From: Dehalococcoidia bacterium
GTDB taxonomy: Bacteria; Chloroflexota; Dehalococcoidia; DSTF01; RBG-16-68-14
Length of the DNA: 64,000 bases
Direction of reading: 5' to 3'
NCBI GenBank assembly: GCA_040882355.1
Contig: JBBEBM010000047.1
Location: 1 to 64,000 of the forward strand
Made by a program: the position numbers and the translations under genes. Positions 1-9,829 of this stretch are shown piece after piece. Under the pieces are notes generated by a model. It saw only the letters and a list, made by a program, of their open reading frames with translations. It made no database searches and was not told the DNA's origin. Every line of letters starts with the position of its first letter. Within the stretch, counting starts at the first letter, position 1.

Positions 1-1455
1 CCAGACGTTGCCTTCCTCATCGATGTGCCCCAGGTCACCGGTGCGGAGCCAGCCGCCAACCATGGCGGCGCGGGTCTCCTCTTCGGCGTGCCAGTAGCCA
101 GGGAACACGTTGGGGCCGCGCGCGACCAGCTCGCCCTCGCCGTGGAGGTGGACATAGATCTCCTTCTCGGGTACGTCGATGAGGCCGACCTCGACGCCCT
201 CGAGCGCCGGCCCGACGGAGCCTGCGTGCTCTTCGTAGTAGTTGCTGAAGAAGAACTTGCGCGGGACCCAGCGCTGCACCGCGATCACCGGAGAGGCCTC
301 GGACATGCCCCAGCCCTGGATTAGCGGCAGGCCCAGGCGGAAGTACTGCAAGGCCACGTCCGGCTTGAGTGCCGCGCCGCCGCTGAGCAGGAAGCGAATG
401 TTGCCGCCCAGCCGCTGGTGCAGCTCGCGGAAGACGAGACGGCCCAGGTTGACGCCGGTGCGGCGCTTGGCGACGTCGACGACGCGCAGGCCGCGCTCGA
501 AGATTGGGAGGCGTCCTTCGGACTCGATTCGCTGAACGATGGCGCGGTACATCAGCTCGAAGAGCGCGGGCACGCCGAGGAAGATCGTGGGCTTCGCCTC
601 TTCCAGCCGGTCGCGCACGCGCAAGAGGTCGTTCTCGAACGTCACCTCTCCGCCGATCGAGAAGCCGACCAGGAAGACGACGAACGGGAACGCGTGATGC
701 AGCGGCAGGACCATCACGATGCGGTCGTGCTCGTCCACCTCGATCGTGCGCCGGATCGACTCCACGTTCGACATGAAGTTCTTGTGGGTGAGCGTGACGC
801 CCTTCATGCCGCCTGTGGTGCCCGAGGTGTAGACGATCGATGCGAGGTCATCGGGCGCGACGTGACGCGACTCGAGGGTGGCGCGACTCTCCGGCGTTAC
901 CTGCTCGATCAACTGGTCGAACGGGAAAACGCCCGCGCGACCGCGGCGCATGAACCCCGGTGGGGAGCCTGCGCGCTTCTCCGTGCCGCCGACGACGATC
1001 ATCGTCTCGGCGCCTGGCACGGAGCCACCCAGCCGTTCCAGTACCTTCGCTGAGACGACGGCGATGCGCGTACCGGACCCCTTGAGCGACTCCTCGATCT
1101 CGGCGCTCTTGAGCTCGACGTAGAGTGGTACAGCGACGCCGCCGGCAGCGACGATGCCGTAGTAGGCGATGGCCCAGGACGGACTGTTCTCGGCGATGAT
1201 TGCCACCCGGTCGCCGTGCTGGTGGCCGAGCCCGATCAGGCCTGCCGCGAACTCCTGCGCCTGTCGCCAGGTTTCATCGAAGGTGACGGTGTGCCAGCGG
1301 GCGCCCTGCTTCTCCTGGTAGGCGATCTTGGACCCGAACTTGGCCGAGACGTCGGCGACCATGGCCGGCACGGTGAGCGGCGTGACGCTGGTGAGCAGGA
1401 TATCTTCGGCGGGGTCCGCGGGCTGTTTGGGCTTGAAGGGGTTGTTGATCACCAT
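1..1455 (-). CDS. fadD: Long-chain-fatty-acid--CoA ligase (AMP-binding family), runs off the left edge of the window
   Basis: Manual translation from ATG at 1455 (MVINNPFKPK...); GDRVAIIAENSPSW, AMP-binding motif IVYTSGTTGGMKGVTLTHKN, IQGWGMSE. Confidence 0.88.
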   Translation of the reverse strand, partial: MVINNPFKPKQPADPAEDILLTSVTPLTVPAMVADVSAKFGSKIAYQEKQGARWHTVTFDETWRQAQEFAAGLIGLGHQHGDRVAIIAENSPSWAIAYYGIVAAGGVAVPLYVELKSAEIEESLKGSGTRIAVVSAKVLERLGGSVPGAETMIVVGGTEKRAGSPPGFMRRGRAGVFPFDQLIEQVTPESRATLESRHVAPDDLASIVYTSGTTGGMKGVTLTHKNFMSNVESIRRTIEVDEHDRIVMVLPLHHAFPFVVFLVGFSIGGEVTFENDLLRVRDRLEEAKPTIFLGVPALFELMYRAIVQRIESEGRLPIFERGLRVVDVAKRRTGVNLGRLVFRELHQRLGGNIRFLLSGGAALKPDVALQYFRLGLPLIQGWGMSEASPVIAVQRWVPRKFFFSNYYEEHAGSVGPALEGVEVGLIDVPEKEIYVHLHGEGELVARGPNVFPGYWHAEEETRAAMVGGWLRTGDLGHIDEEGNVW

Positions 1456-1479
1456 GGCGGGGAAGACTCCTCTCCTACA

Positions 1480-2871
1480 CTACCATCGACCAGACGTCCC
1501 GTCCGATGCGAGCAAGCGGCCATCGTCGCCGAGGCGGTAGCCACGGGCGAATGCCACGTATCCGCCAAGCGCGCAGACGCCAGCCACCGGCCCGATGAGG
1601 CGAATGCCCAGCGGCTCTTCAGCACTCTTGCCGAAGACGGCCAGAATCAGGGCGAAGAGCCCGGCCGCCAATCCTAATCCCGCCTTCTGCAAGGTCGCTT
1701 GCACTCCGTAGTATATCGCCTCCCGGCGTTCGCCGGTACGTTGCTCATCGAAATCGATGATATCAGCTAGCAGCGCATTGGGGAAGACGAATAGGCCGGT
1801 AAGCGGAATGCCGAGGAGGAGGAGCAGGAGCGCCTGGACCAGCTTGGGCAGGCCGGGGAGAAAGCCGGAGAAGAAGAGCAGCGGAAAGAGCAGCCCGCAG
1901 GCGAGCATCGACGCGCCGTAGGCCTGGCGCTTGCTCGTCCGCGCCGCGAACCACGAGACCAGCGGGACGGCGAACAGCAGCGGAACGAAGAAGAGCGCGG
2001 TAAGGAAGGCCACCTTTGCGCCGGTCTCGGTCAGTTCCGCGCCGAATGGTAGCCGAATCGTCGTGTCGCCCAGGACCACGTCGGCGTAGAAGGGCAGCCA
2101 CTGGGTGAGCATCACTTGCGCCGCTGTGAAGAGCACGAAGGCCGGGATGAACGCGAGGAACTGGCCGTTCGCGAACGTCTCCCGGACGGCCTGGCGGAAG
2201 TTGAACGATGACGCGTCGGTCTCGCGGCGGATGTGGCCGCGCACGCCGAGGGCGGGAAGCAGTCGCGTGACGAAGACGAGAGCTGCGAGCGTGAGCCCCA
2301 TGCCCGCAAAGCCCCAGACGTCGATCAGCGGCCCGGCCAGCAGGAAGACGACGCCGGCTCCCGCCGCGCCGAAGAGCACCTTCCACGCGGAGATGCTCAC
2401 CCGCTCCTGGGAGCTCGACGCGATCTCAGGCAGCAGCGCCTCGTACGGGCCGCCGACGAAGGTGTTTGCGAGGAAGAAGACCTCCAGCACGACGAAGAGA
2501 TAGAGCGCGTTCCATGCGCTCTGGCCGTCAATAGGGGGCATCCAGAGCAAGAAGAAGCTCAACGCCAGCACCGGCGTGCCGGCGATGATGAACGGGAGCC
2601 GCCGGCCCCAGCGGCTGCGGGAGATGTCGCTCCAGTAGCCGATGAGAGGGTCGTCGACGGCCTCGATGATGCGGCTGATGACGAGGATCGCTCCGACCAG
2701 GGCGATCGCCACCAGCGGCGAGTTATCGGCGTCCTCGGGTGGGGCGTAGAAGTAGATCAGCCAGGCAGCCAGCGCCTGAAAGGTGATGTTCGCGCCCAGG
2801 CTGCCGGACGCGTACAGTAGCTTGTCGCGCAGGGAGATCCCCTGTGGCTCCCGCTCCGGCTGAGACTGCAA
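1480..2871 (-). CDS. MFS transporter, glycoside-pentoside-hexuronide (MelB-like) family
   Basis: 463 aa, ~12 TM; DDPLIGYWSD..RSRWGRRLPF and LADIIDFDEQRTGERREAIYYG motifs. Confidence 0.88.
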   Translation of the reverse strand: MQSQPEREPQGISLRDKLLYASGSLGANITFQALAAWLIYFYAPPEDADNSPLVAIALVGAILVISRIIEAVDDPLIGYWSDISRSRWGRRLPFIIAGTPVLALSFFLLWMPPIDGQSAWNALYLFVVLEVFFLANTFVGGPYEALLPEIASSSQERVSISAWKVLFGAAGAGVVFLLAGPLIDVWGFAGMGLTLAALVFVTRLLPALGVRGHIRRETDASSFNFRQAVRETFANGQFLAFIPAFVLFTAAQVMLTQWLPFYADVVLGDTTIRLPFGAELTETGAKVAFLTALFFVPLLFAVPLVSWFAARTSKRQAYGASMLACGLLFPLLFFSGFLPGLPKLVQALLLLLLGIPLTGLFVFPNALLADIIDFDEQRTGERREAIYYGVQATLQKAGLGLAAGLFALILAVFGKSAEEPLGIRLIGPVAGVCALGGYVAFARGYRLGDDGRLLASDGTSGRW

Positions 2872-2898
2872 CGTGGGAGGCGAAGCGCTCGCCTTTGA

Positions 2899-4212
2899 CT
2901 ATTCTTCTTCGAACAGGCGCCGCTGGTGGGCCGCGCGCAGCTTGGAGAGAGCCTGCGCCTCGATCTGCCGCGCGCGCTCGCGCGTCACGCCTAGCGCGTT
3001 GCCGACGACATCGAGGGTTCGCGCGCGTCCGTCGGTGATGCCGAAGCGCAGCTCGATCACCTTGCGCTCGCGCGGCGTGAGCACGCCGAGCGCCTCGCGG
3101 ACGCGGGCACGGAGCAACTCGCGCGTCGCCTCCTCTTCCGGCGAGGGCGACAGGAGGTCCTCGAGCAGGCTGCCGAGGGTGCTCTCCTCCTCCTCGCCGA
3201 CCGGCGTCTCGAGCGAGATGACGGACTGGCGTAGCGCCCGGGCTGCCTCGCGCACCTTGTCCTGGCTCATCCCCATGAAGCGGGCGAGCTCGCTCACCTT
3301 GGGCTCGCGTCCGAAGTACTGGAAGAGCCGCTCGCGCGCCTGCGTGTACTTGGAGATGAGCTCGTTGATGTGGATCGGCAGCCGGATGGTGCGCGCCTTG
3401 TCGGCGATGGCGCGGCCGACGGCCTGGCGGATCCACCAGGTCGCGTACGTGCTGAAGCGGTAGCCCTTGCGGTACTCGAACTTCTCCACAGCCCGCATAA
3501 GGCCCGCATTGCCCTCCTGCACCAGGTCCATCAGTGGGAGACCGCGCGCGCCGTGCTTCTTCGCCACGCTGACGACGAGGCGGAGGTTGGCGTTCACCAT
3601 GTGCTCTTCGGACCGGGCGGCGTCTTCGCGGGCGCGCCGGACGTAGGGCGTGAGGGTCTTGAGCAGGGGCGCCAGCTTCTGGTTCTTGGGCGTGGCGCCT
3701 CGCTCGATGAGCTTGAGCGCCCGCTCGAGGTCCGGGGGCGCGTCGTCGCCGCCGAAGATGCGCAAGCCTGCTGAGAGCGCCACGATCGTATCGTGCGCCA
3801 CGATCAGGCCCTGGCGCGAGTAGTTGGCCAGCTTCTTCTCGATGCGCGGTTCGATGGCTGTGTCGATCTGTTTGTGCAGGGCCGGGCTGAACAGCTCACT
3901 GGAGCCGTCCTTGGGCGGATGGCCACGGATGGCGCCGCTCTCGCGAATCCAGCTCAGGCCGTTCGCCATCTCGCGGAGCGAGAGGTACGCAAGGTCCTCG
4001 TTTGTGGGTGGGATCTCCTCGTGCTCCTCCATGAACAGCTCGCTGAGCCGGTTGAGTACGCGGCCATTCTCGATCTTCTTGAAGAGATCGATCTCCTCCT
4101 GCGGCGTCAGCAGCTTGAATCGGGCAATCTCGTTGAGATAGAGCTCGACAGAGTCTGGGAGCTCTATTTCGTCCCGTTTATCGGGCGCTGGTGCTGTTGC
4201 TGCTCGTGCCAT
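2899..4212 (-). CDS. Sigma-70 family RNA polymerase sigma factor, RpoD-like paralogue
   Basis: Region 1.2 [20 protein letters not shown]; region 2 [39 protein letters not shown]; region 4 [19 protein letters not shown] before ATG 4212. Confidence 0.93.
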   Translation of the reverse strand: MARAATAPAPDKRDEIELPDSVELYLNEIARFKLLTPQEEIDLFKKIENGRVLNRLSELFMEEHEEIPPTNEDLAYLSLREMANGLSWIRESGAIRGHPPKDGSSELFSPALHKQIDTAIEPRIEKKLANYSRQGLIVAHDTIVALSAGLRIFGGDDAPPDLERALKLIERGATPKNQKLAPLLKTLTPYVRRAREDAARSEEHMVNANLRLVVSVAKKHGARGLPLMDLVQEGNAGLMRAVEKFEYRKGYRFSTYATWWIRQAVGRAIADKARTIRLPIHINELISKYTQARERLFQYFGREPKVSELARFMGMSQDKVREAARALRQSVISLETPVGEEEESTLGSLLEDLLSPSPEEEATRELLRARVREALGVLTPRERKVIELRFGITDGRARTLDVVGNALGVTRERARQIEAQALSKLRAAHQRRLFEEE

Positions 4213-4238
4213 ACTCCCCCTACCCACGCTTCCCTGGG

Positions 4239-4436
4239 CTAGACGACGTCCGGGCGCGGCCACCTCAGGTCACAGCTCAGGCAGCGCGCCTGGACAAGCG
4301 CGTCGCCGCTCCAGTAGCTCATCGTGAAGAACTTCTGGCAGCGGGGGCACTTCTGATCGCCGAGCGACACGCGGTGCTGCGCCGGCTGGGCGTCGCCGGC
4401 GGCTTGCGTTCCCTCGCTGCCGCTTTGGGTCGTCAA
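4239..4436 (-). CDS. Small Zn-ribbon-like protein (65 aa, CPRC...CLSC)
   Basis: GGAGG RBS upstream of TTG start; two CxxC pairs; lies between a promoter and the sigma gene. Confidence 0.7.
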   Translation of the reverse strand: MTTQSGSEGTQAAGDAQPAQHRVSLGDQKCPRCQKFFTMSYWSGDALVQARCLSCDLRWPRPDVV

Positions 4437-4513
4437 CCCATTCCTCCAAGATCGATTTTACACCTATGAGGGCTTTGTTTATAGGGGGTGCGGGAAATTG
4501 GGTCGCCTTAGAT

Positions 4514-4542
4514 ATGATACTGAACATAAGTGCGTCCGTCAA
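4514..4542 (-). promoter_or_regulatory. Sigma70-type promoter TTGACG-N17-TATCAT for the Zn-ribbon/sigma unit
   Basis: Near-consensus -35/-10 with 17-nt spacer in an AT-rich intergenic region. Confidence 0.7.
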
Positions 4543-4644
4543 GACGCCCATTAGGGGTTTCGATATGGAATGCGTCTCCAGGCCACCAGTTGCCCTCGCT
4601 TGGGCTTGAGGGTACAGTAAGGCCAGCCTGACGTTCAGGTGCGT

Positions 4645-5826
4645 ATGGCTATCGCTAAACAGTCGATTCCAGAGGAACGCCTCGCCGCGGGCGGGGAGCG
4701 GGACGAGCTTGAAGTCTCCATCGTCCTCCCTTGCCTGAACGAAGAAGAGACCGTCGCGGCCTGCGTCGAGAAGGCGCATGCCTGGTTCGAGGCCGCTGGC
4801 CTCAAGGGCGAAGTAATCGTTGTCGACAACGGGTCGACCGACCGCTCGCGTGAGGAGGCGCTCCGTGCCGGAGCGCGCGTCCTCGATGAGCCGGAGCGGG
4901 GCTACGGGGCCGCGCACCTGCGCGGCTTCGCCGAGTCGCGCGGGAAGGTGATCATCATGGCGGACTCTGACGACACCTACGATCTGCAGCACCTGGACCC
5001 GCTGATCGAACCGCTCCGCCACGGCTACGACATGACCGTCGGCAATCGCATGGCCGATATGGAGCCCGGCGCTATGACCTGGAGCCACCGCTTCATCGGC
5101 ACGCCCGCGATCACCTTCCTGCTCGGCGTGTTCGCCGGCGCCCGCATCGGCGACAGCCAGTGCGGGCTGCGCGCATTCACCCGCGACGCGTACGAGCGGA
5201 TGGAGCTGCGATCGTCGGGCATGGAGCTGGCGTCGGAGATGATCCTGAAGGCGTTCCGGCGCGGCATGAAGGTGGCGGAAGTGCCGATCCCTTACGCGGT
5301 GCGCAAGGGCGAGAGCAAGCTGAACACCTTTCGCGACGGCTGGCGCCACCTGCGCTTCCTGCTGCTCTACACGCCGCTCTACACGTTTCTTGTGCCCGGC
5401 GCGATTCTCGTTTTGCTGGGTGTCCTGTCGCTGGCCCTGACGTTCGGGCCGAGCGAGGGGGTGACGATCGGCGAGCTGAATTGGCAGCCGGTCTTCGCAG
5501 GAGGCATCCTGACGATCATCGGCACGAACGCGTTGATGATCGGCATCGCCACGCACATGTACGCCCAATCGAGAGGCATCGTCGCGGAGGACTGGCTCAC
5601 GCGCGGCTACCGCCGCTACTTCACGCTTGAGCGAGTGCTCGGTCTGGCGTTGGCGCTCGTCCTGATTGGCCTCGCATTCGATGGGGTGCTCTTTTACCAG
5701 TGGGTGAGCGGCGACCACCTGGGCCTCTCGACGGCCGGCGTCGCCGCGATCGCCCAGAGCGGCATCGTGGTCGGGGCGAACGTTGCCATGGGCGGCTTCC
5801 TCATCGCCCTCATCGATGTCCAGTAG
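4645..5826 (+). CDS. GT2 glycosyltransferase (DPM synthase-like) with C-terminal TM helices
   Basis: SIVLPCLNEE, VVDNGSTD, MADSDDTYD, DSQCGLRAF, RKGESKLNTFRDGWRHL. Confidence 0.92.
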   Translation: MAIAKQSIPEERLAAGGERDELEVSIVLPCLNEEETVAACVEKAHAWFEAAGLKGEVIVVDNGSTDRSREEALRAGARVLDEPERGYGAAHLRGFAESRGKVIIMADSDDTYDLQHLDPLIEPLRHGYDMTVGNRMADMEPGAMTWSHRFIGTPAITFLLGVFAGARIGDSQCGLRAFTRDAYERMELRSSGMELASEMILKAFRRGMKVAEVPIPYAVRKGESKLNTFRDGWRHLRFLLLYTPLYTFLVPGAILVLLGVLSLALTFGPSEGVTIGELNWQPVFAGGILTIIGTNALMIGIATHMYAQSRGIVAEDWLTRGYRRYFTLERVLGLALALVLIGLAFDGVLFYQWVSGDHLGLSTAGVAAIAQSGIVVGANVAMGGFLIALIDVQ

Positions 5827-5839
5827 CGCTGTCGCGAAT

Positions 5840-6460
5840 CTAAGGGGCGGGCTTGCGGGCAACGGCCAGCCAGGTGTGCGGCAGCGCGAGCGCGAGGGCG
5901 CGGCCCAGCAGACGTTCGGCGGCGTTGCGTCCCGCCGTGTAGCCGCGGATATCTTCGACATGAAAGCCGGCGTCCTGCAGCAGGCGGCGCAGCCCGAACT
6001 TGCTGTAGGGTCGGACGTGCGTGTAGTCGTCCCAGAAGTTGTTCACCGGGTAGATCGCCGAGAAGTGAGTCGGTGTGTGGCTCAAGAACAGGCCGCCTGG
6101 ACGCAGAGCGTGCCGGATCTCGCGCAGCATAGGCAGGGGGTCGGGCAGGTGCTCGATGATCTCTTTCGCCCTGGCCACGTCCAGCGAGTCGTGCGCGAAC
6201 GGCAAGTGCTCCGCGTCGCCCAGCACGAACGGAAGGCCGTGCGCGCGGCAGATGCGCCCTGCGGCCGGCTCGTTATCGAACCCGAGCGCGTCGCCAAGCT
6301 CGCGGCGGCACGCCGCGACGAAGCCGCCGCGGCCGCAGCCGATATCGACGACGCGCCGCGCGTCCGGCAGCATCCGGAGGATGATCGCCACATCGCCGGC
6401 GGAGATCTCCGGGTGCTCTCTGATGTGCGCGAAGTAGCCTTCGTCCACGATTGAGGCCAT
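5840..6460 (-). CDS. Class I SAM-dependent methyltransferase
   Basis: VVDIGCGRG, GDAEHLPF, IEHLPDP, LRPGG, FWDDYTHVRP. Confidence 0.9.
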   Translation of the reverse strand: MASIVDEGYFAHIREHPEISAGDVAIILRMLPDARRVVDIGCGRGGFVAACRRELGDALGFDNEPAAGRICRAHGLPFVLGDAEHLPFAHDSLDVARAKEIIEHLPDPLPMLREIRHALRPGGLFLSHTPTHFSAIYPVNNFWDDYTHVRPYSKFGLRRLLQDAGFHVEDIRGYTAGRNAAERLLGRALALALPHTWLAVARKPAP

Positions 6461-6474
6461 TGTAGGGGGAACCC

Positions 6475-7527
6475 GTGGCCGTCGAAAGCCCGCAAGCAGC
6501 CGCTCCTGCCGAGGCCGCCAGCTCTCGACCGATGGTCAGCGTAATCGTGCTCGGCTGGAACGGGCGTCAGGACCTGGAAGGTTGCCTTTCGTCGCTGCTC
6601 GATCAGACCCTCCCACGCGACCAGTACGACGTGCTCTACGTCGACAACGGGTCTCGCGACGGCTCGCTCGAGTTCGTCCGCGATCGGTTCCCGGATGTGC
6701 GCGTGCTCGCGCTCGACCGCAACTACGGCTACTGCGAGGGCAACAACATTGGCTTTGGAGAGACGCGCGGCCAGTTCGCTGTTTTCCTCAACCAGGACGC
6801 CGTGCTCCACCGGGCCTGTCTCCAGGAGCTCGTTAACGCCGTTCGCTCGTCGCCGGAGATCGTCGCCGCGCACGCGAACATCATCCAGCCCTGGTATCCG
6901 GAGTTCGCTGGCATCGACGAGCGCGCGGGTGTGGACGCGGGCTTTACAGCGGAAGTTACGCGGCTGGGCTACATGCGCTACCGGCGCCTGCGCTCGATGC
7001 AGCCGGTCGATACGATCTTCATCCACACGGTCTGCGCGATCGTGCGGCGCGACGCGGTCGACGAGCTGGAGTACGTCTTCGATCCGGACTTCTTCGCTTA
7101 CGCCGAAGACCTCGACCTCGGGCTGCGCATTCGCGCGCTGGGCTATCGTTCGGTGGTCGTGCCGAAAGCGATCGTCTACCACAAGCACACGTTGAAGACA
7201 GATATGAGCTGGTCGACCGTCGTGAAGACCGTGCGGATCATCCGCAACCGCTACCTGGCCTTCTACAAGGTGATGTCCGGCTGGGAGTTTGCGCTGATGG
7301 CTGTGTTGCTCACGGTCGGGGCGCCGTTCAACGCGCTCGAGTTCGGCCTCAAGCCCTCGCGAACGATCCTCTACGGTCTGGCGCTAGTGCCGGCGACGCT
7401 GATCGCGCTGGTCGTGACGCTTGGCCACCTGCCCCAGTACGCCGCGAAACGACGCCGCATCCGCGAGCGCGCCGCCCGCCGGGGCGCGTGGTGCCTGCGC
7501 GCCCTCTGGACGGGCGCGGGCGTCTGA
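6475..7527 (+). CDS. GT2 family glycosyltransferase
   Basis: VSVIVLGWNG, VDNGSRDGS, NYGYCEGNN, FLNQDA, FFAYAEDLDLGLR. Confidence 0.92.
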   Translation: MAVESPQAAAPAEAASSRPMVSVIVLGWNGRQDLEGCLSSLLDQTLPRDQYDVLYVDNGSRDGSLEFVRDRFPDVRVLALDRNYGYCEGNNIGFGETRGQFAVFLNQDAVLHRACLQELVNAVRSSPEIVAAHANIIQPWYPEFAGIDERAGVDAGFTAEVTRLGYMRYRRLRSMQPVDTIFIHTVCAIVRRDAVDELEYVFDPDFFAYAEDLDLGLRIRALGYRSVVVPKAIVYHKHTLKTDMSWSTVVKTVRIIRNRYLAFYKVMSGWEFALMAVLLTVGAPFNALEFGLKPSRTILYGLALVPATLIALVVTLGHLPQYAAKRRRIRERAARRGAWCLRALWTGAGV

Positions 7528-7535
7528 GCGTCGTT

Positions 7536-8579
7536 GTGAACGAGACGACCGGCAGCGGGCGCTTTCGCTGGCTGACGAGCTGGCCGGTCCACGCGGCCGT
7601 CGCGGTCGGACTGCTGGCGCTGGTCGCATGGCGCGCGCGCTTCTGGGAGCTGAACGATCAGTACGAGGACTTCGACCTCAAACCGGCGATCGGCGCTGTG
7701 CTGCTCACTGTTCCTGTCCTGTTGCTGGTGACGTTGCGCGGCATGCTGATCTTGCAACGACAGGGACACCGCGTGCCGTTCCTCCCGTTGATGCCGATCG
7801 CGATTCTTGGGAACGTCGTCGGTTCGCTCACGCCCGCAGCCGCCGGCGATCTCCTACGCACGCCGTTCTTCAAGGACCGCCACCACATCCCGTACCGGGA
7901 CGGGCTGGCGGCGGTGGTTTACGAGCGCGGCTTTTCGCTCTTCGTGCTCGGTGTCAGCACGGGCGCCGCCGCGGCGTGGATGGGCTTGCCCGTTCCAGCG
8001 GCGGTCGCCGTAACGCTGGTGTGCGCCGGGACGTTGCTCGTTGCGCCGCCGGTCGGAGCGATCGTGTTGGAGTGGCTGCGCCCCTGGTGGCCTGCGGGCG
8101 AGGAGGCGAGTCAGGGCACATCGTTCCTGCGGCGGGCGCTCGCTACCGTTGGCGACTCTCTCGAATCGCTCCAGGCGCTCCTGCGCGACGGCGCTGCCAC
8201 GGCAGCCGCGGCGCTCCTCACGCTGCTCATCTTTGCGCTGATGGCCGTGCAGACGTGGCTGGTGGTGCGCGCCCTCGGCCTGAGCCTCTCGCCCGCGGAG
8301 GCGTATACGGCGCTCGGGGCGTCGATGCTTGCGGGCATCCTCACCTTCCTGCCGCTGGGGCTCGGTACGTTCGATGCGACATTTGCCGCGGTCGTCGGGG
8401 CTGCAGAGGGAGGCTTCAGCGCGGGTGCCGCGGCCGCAGTGCTCCTGCGCGTTACCGTCACGCTCCCGATGGGTATCGCCGCGTTCTTGTCGTACATCTA
8501 CCTCGTGAGCATAGGTCGCAGGCACTCCCCCGCGCAGTTGGGCGCGGCGGAGCCTGCTGATAAGATCGTGCGAGATTAG
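7536..8579 (+). CDS. Lysylphosphatidylglycerol synthase TM-like / flippase-like membrane protein
   Basis: Multi-TM; LTPAAAGDLLR, VVYER, LPLGLGTFD motifs; start uncertain. Confidence 0.8.
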   Translation: MNETTGSGRFRWLTSWPVHAAVAVGLLALVAWRARFWELNDQYEDFDLKPAIGAVLLTVPVLLLVTLRGMLILQRQGHRVPFLPLMPIAILGNVVGSLTPAAAGDLLRTPFFKDRHHIPYRDGLAAVVYERGFSLFVLGVSTGAAAAWMGLPVPAAVAVTLVCAGTLLVAPPVGAIVLEWLRPWWPAGEEASQGTSFLRRALATVGDSLESLQALLRDGAATAAAALLTLLIFALMAVQTWLVVRALGLSLSPAEAYTALGASMLAGILTFLPLGLGTFDATFAAVVGAAEGGFSAGAAAAVLLRVTVTLPMGIAAFLSYIYLVSIGRRHSPAQLGAAEPADKIVRD

Positions 8580-8594
8580 GAGCGATCCCGCACG

Positions 8595-9596
8595 GTGATT
8601 CGAAAGGCATCCATAGTTGGCCTCGTATGCGCGCTGGCGCTGCTCTCTGCCTGCAAGCAAGACAGCGAATCGGCGCCGGCGAGCGACGGGAGCGCCCGGA
8701 CGACCGTTACGCTGGCGTTCCTCGACGACCCATCGCGCCGCGCGGCGCTCTACGCGATCGACAACGCGCTCGTGACCTCGGACAGCATTGACATCGTGGC
8801 GACGTACGTCAGCCAGAGTGCCCTGAATGAGGCGCTTGGCGCCAGACAGTACGATGTGGTCGAGACGGCCTCGCTGGCGGTGCCGGGGTCGGTCGAGGGC
8901 GGCGCCGACCTCGTGGTGCTCTCGGCGGGGCGGCTCGACAAGGATGGCACGCTGCTCTTCGTGCGCGCGGACGGCGCCATCGACAGTGTCGCCGATCTGC
9001 GAGGTGAGAAGCTTGGCGTAAGCTCGCTCGACGGCCCTCCTGCGCTCAAGACACGCCACCTGCTCCAGGAGCGCGACGGCATGGACGTGCAACGCGAGGG
9101 CGGCGATCTCACCTACATCGAGGCCCCGGCGCAATCGCTCTCCGGCATCTTGCGCAACGGCGACGCTACGGCCGCCGCCATGCAGGACCTGAGCGCCTAC
9201 CTCGCGTCGAACGACGGCGACTTTCGCGTGCTCGCCAACGTGAGCGAAGAGGCGAGCGCGCTCCCTAATCCGCCATTACTCGACACGGTGTTGGTGACGT
9301 ACCGCGACGTCGCCACGCAGAAAAACGACGCGCTCGTCGAGGTGGACCGGCTGCTCGCAGAATCGCTGGCGTACTTTCAGGCGAACCGAGAGCGCATCCT
9401 GGCCGACACTGCGGCTGCGGAAGGCGTCGATTCCGCATATCTCGAGTGGTGGTGGGACCATGCAGAGCTGCCTTTGGGCGACCTCTCGTCCACGACTCAG
9501 CAACAGCTCCTTGACACGTGGGAGGCGACGAAGGCGGTCGGCGACATTGAAACGTACCCGGAGCTGGCCGGTCTGCTGTTCCAAGCCGAGAAGTAG
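8595..9596 (+). CDS. Substrate-binding lipoprotein, type 2 PBP fold (NMT1/SsuA/MqnD-like)
   Basis: Lipobox LSAC; IDSVADLRGEKLGV motif. Confidence 0.8.
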   Translation: MIRKASIVGLVCALALLSACKQDSESAPASDGSARTTVTLAFLDDPSRRAALYAIDNALVTSDSIDIVATYVSQSALNEALGARQYDVVETASLAVPGSVEGGADLVVLSAGRLDKDGTLLFVRADGAIDSVADLRGEKLGVSSLDGPPALKTRHLLQERDGMDVQREGGDLTYIEAPAQSLSGILRNGDATAAAMQDLSAYLASNDGDFRVLANVSEEASALPNPPLLDTVLVTYRDVATQKNDALVEVDRLLAESLAYFQANRERILADTAAAEGVDSAYLEWWWDHAELPLGDLSSTTQQQLLDTWEATKAVGDIETYPELAGLLFQAEK

Positions 9597-9829
9597 CGGC
9601 TTCCAGGGCCCCTGACGCTAGGGCCCTGTGGGTGCGCGGGCGGTGCGATAGACGTGGGCCCCGCTGGTGTGATCGCGAAGCACTGGGGACGGCACTTCCC
9701 CGCGCGCTTGCTGAGTGCCGCTGCCCCTGTGTTCCTGGACAAGGTCGAATCCCGAGATCATACTAGAGCCGCGTCGACGGGAACGTGAGCCTGCCTTGGT
9801 GGCTAGACGTTCAGGAAGCGGTGGCTCCG

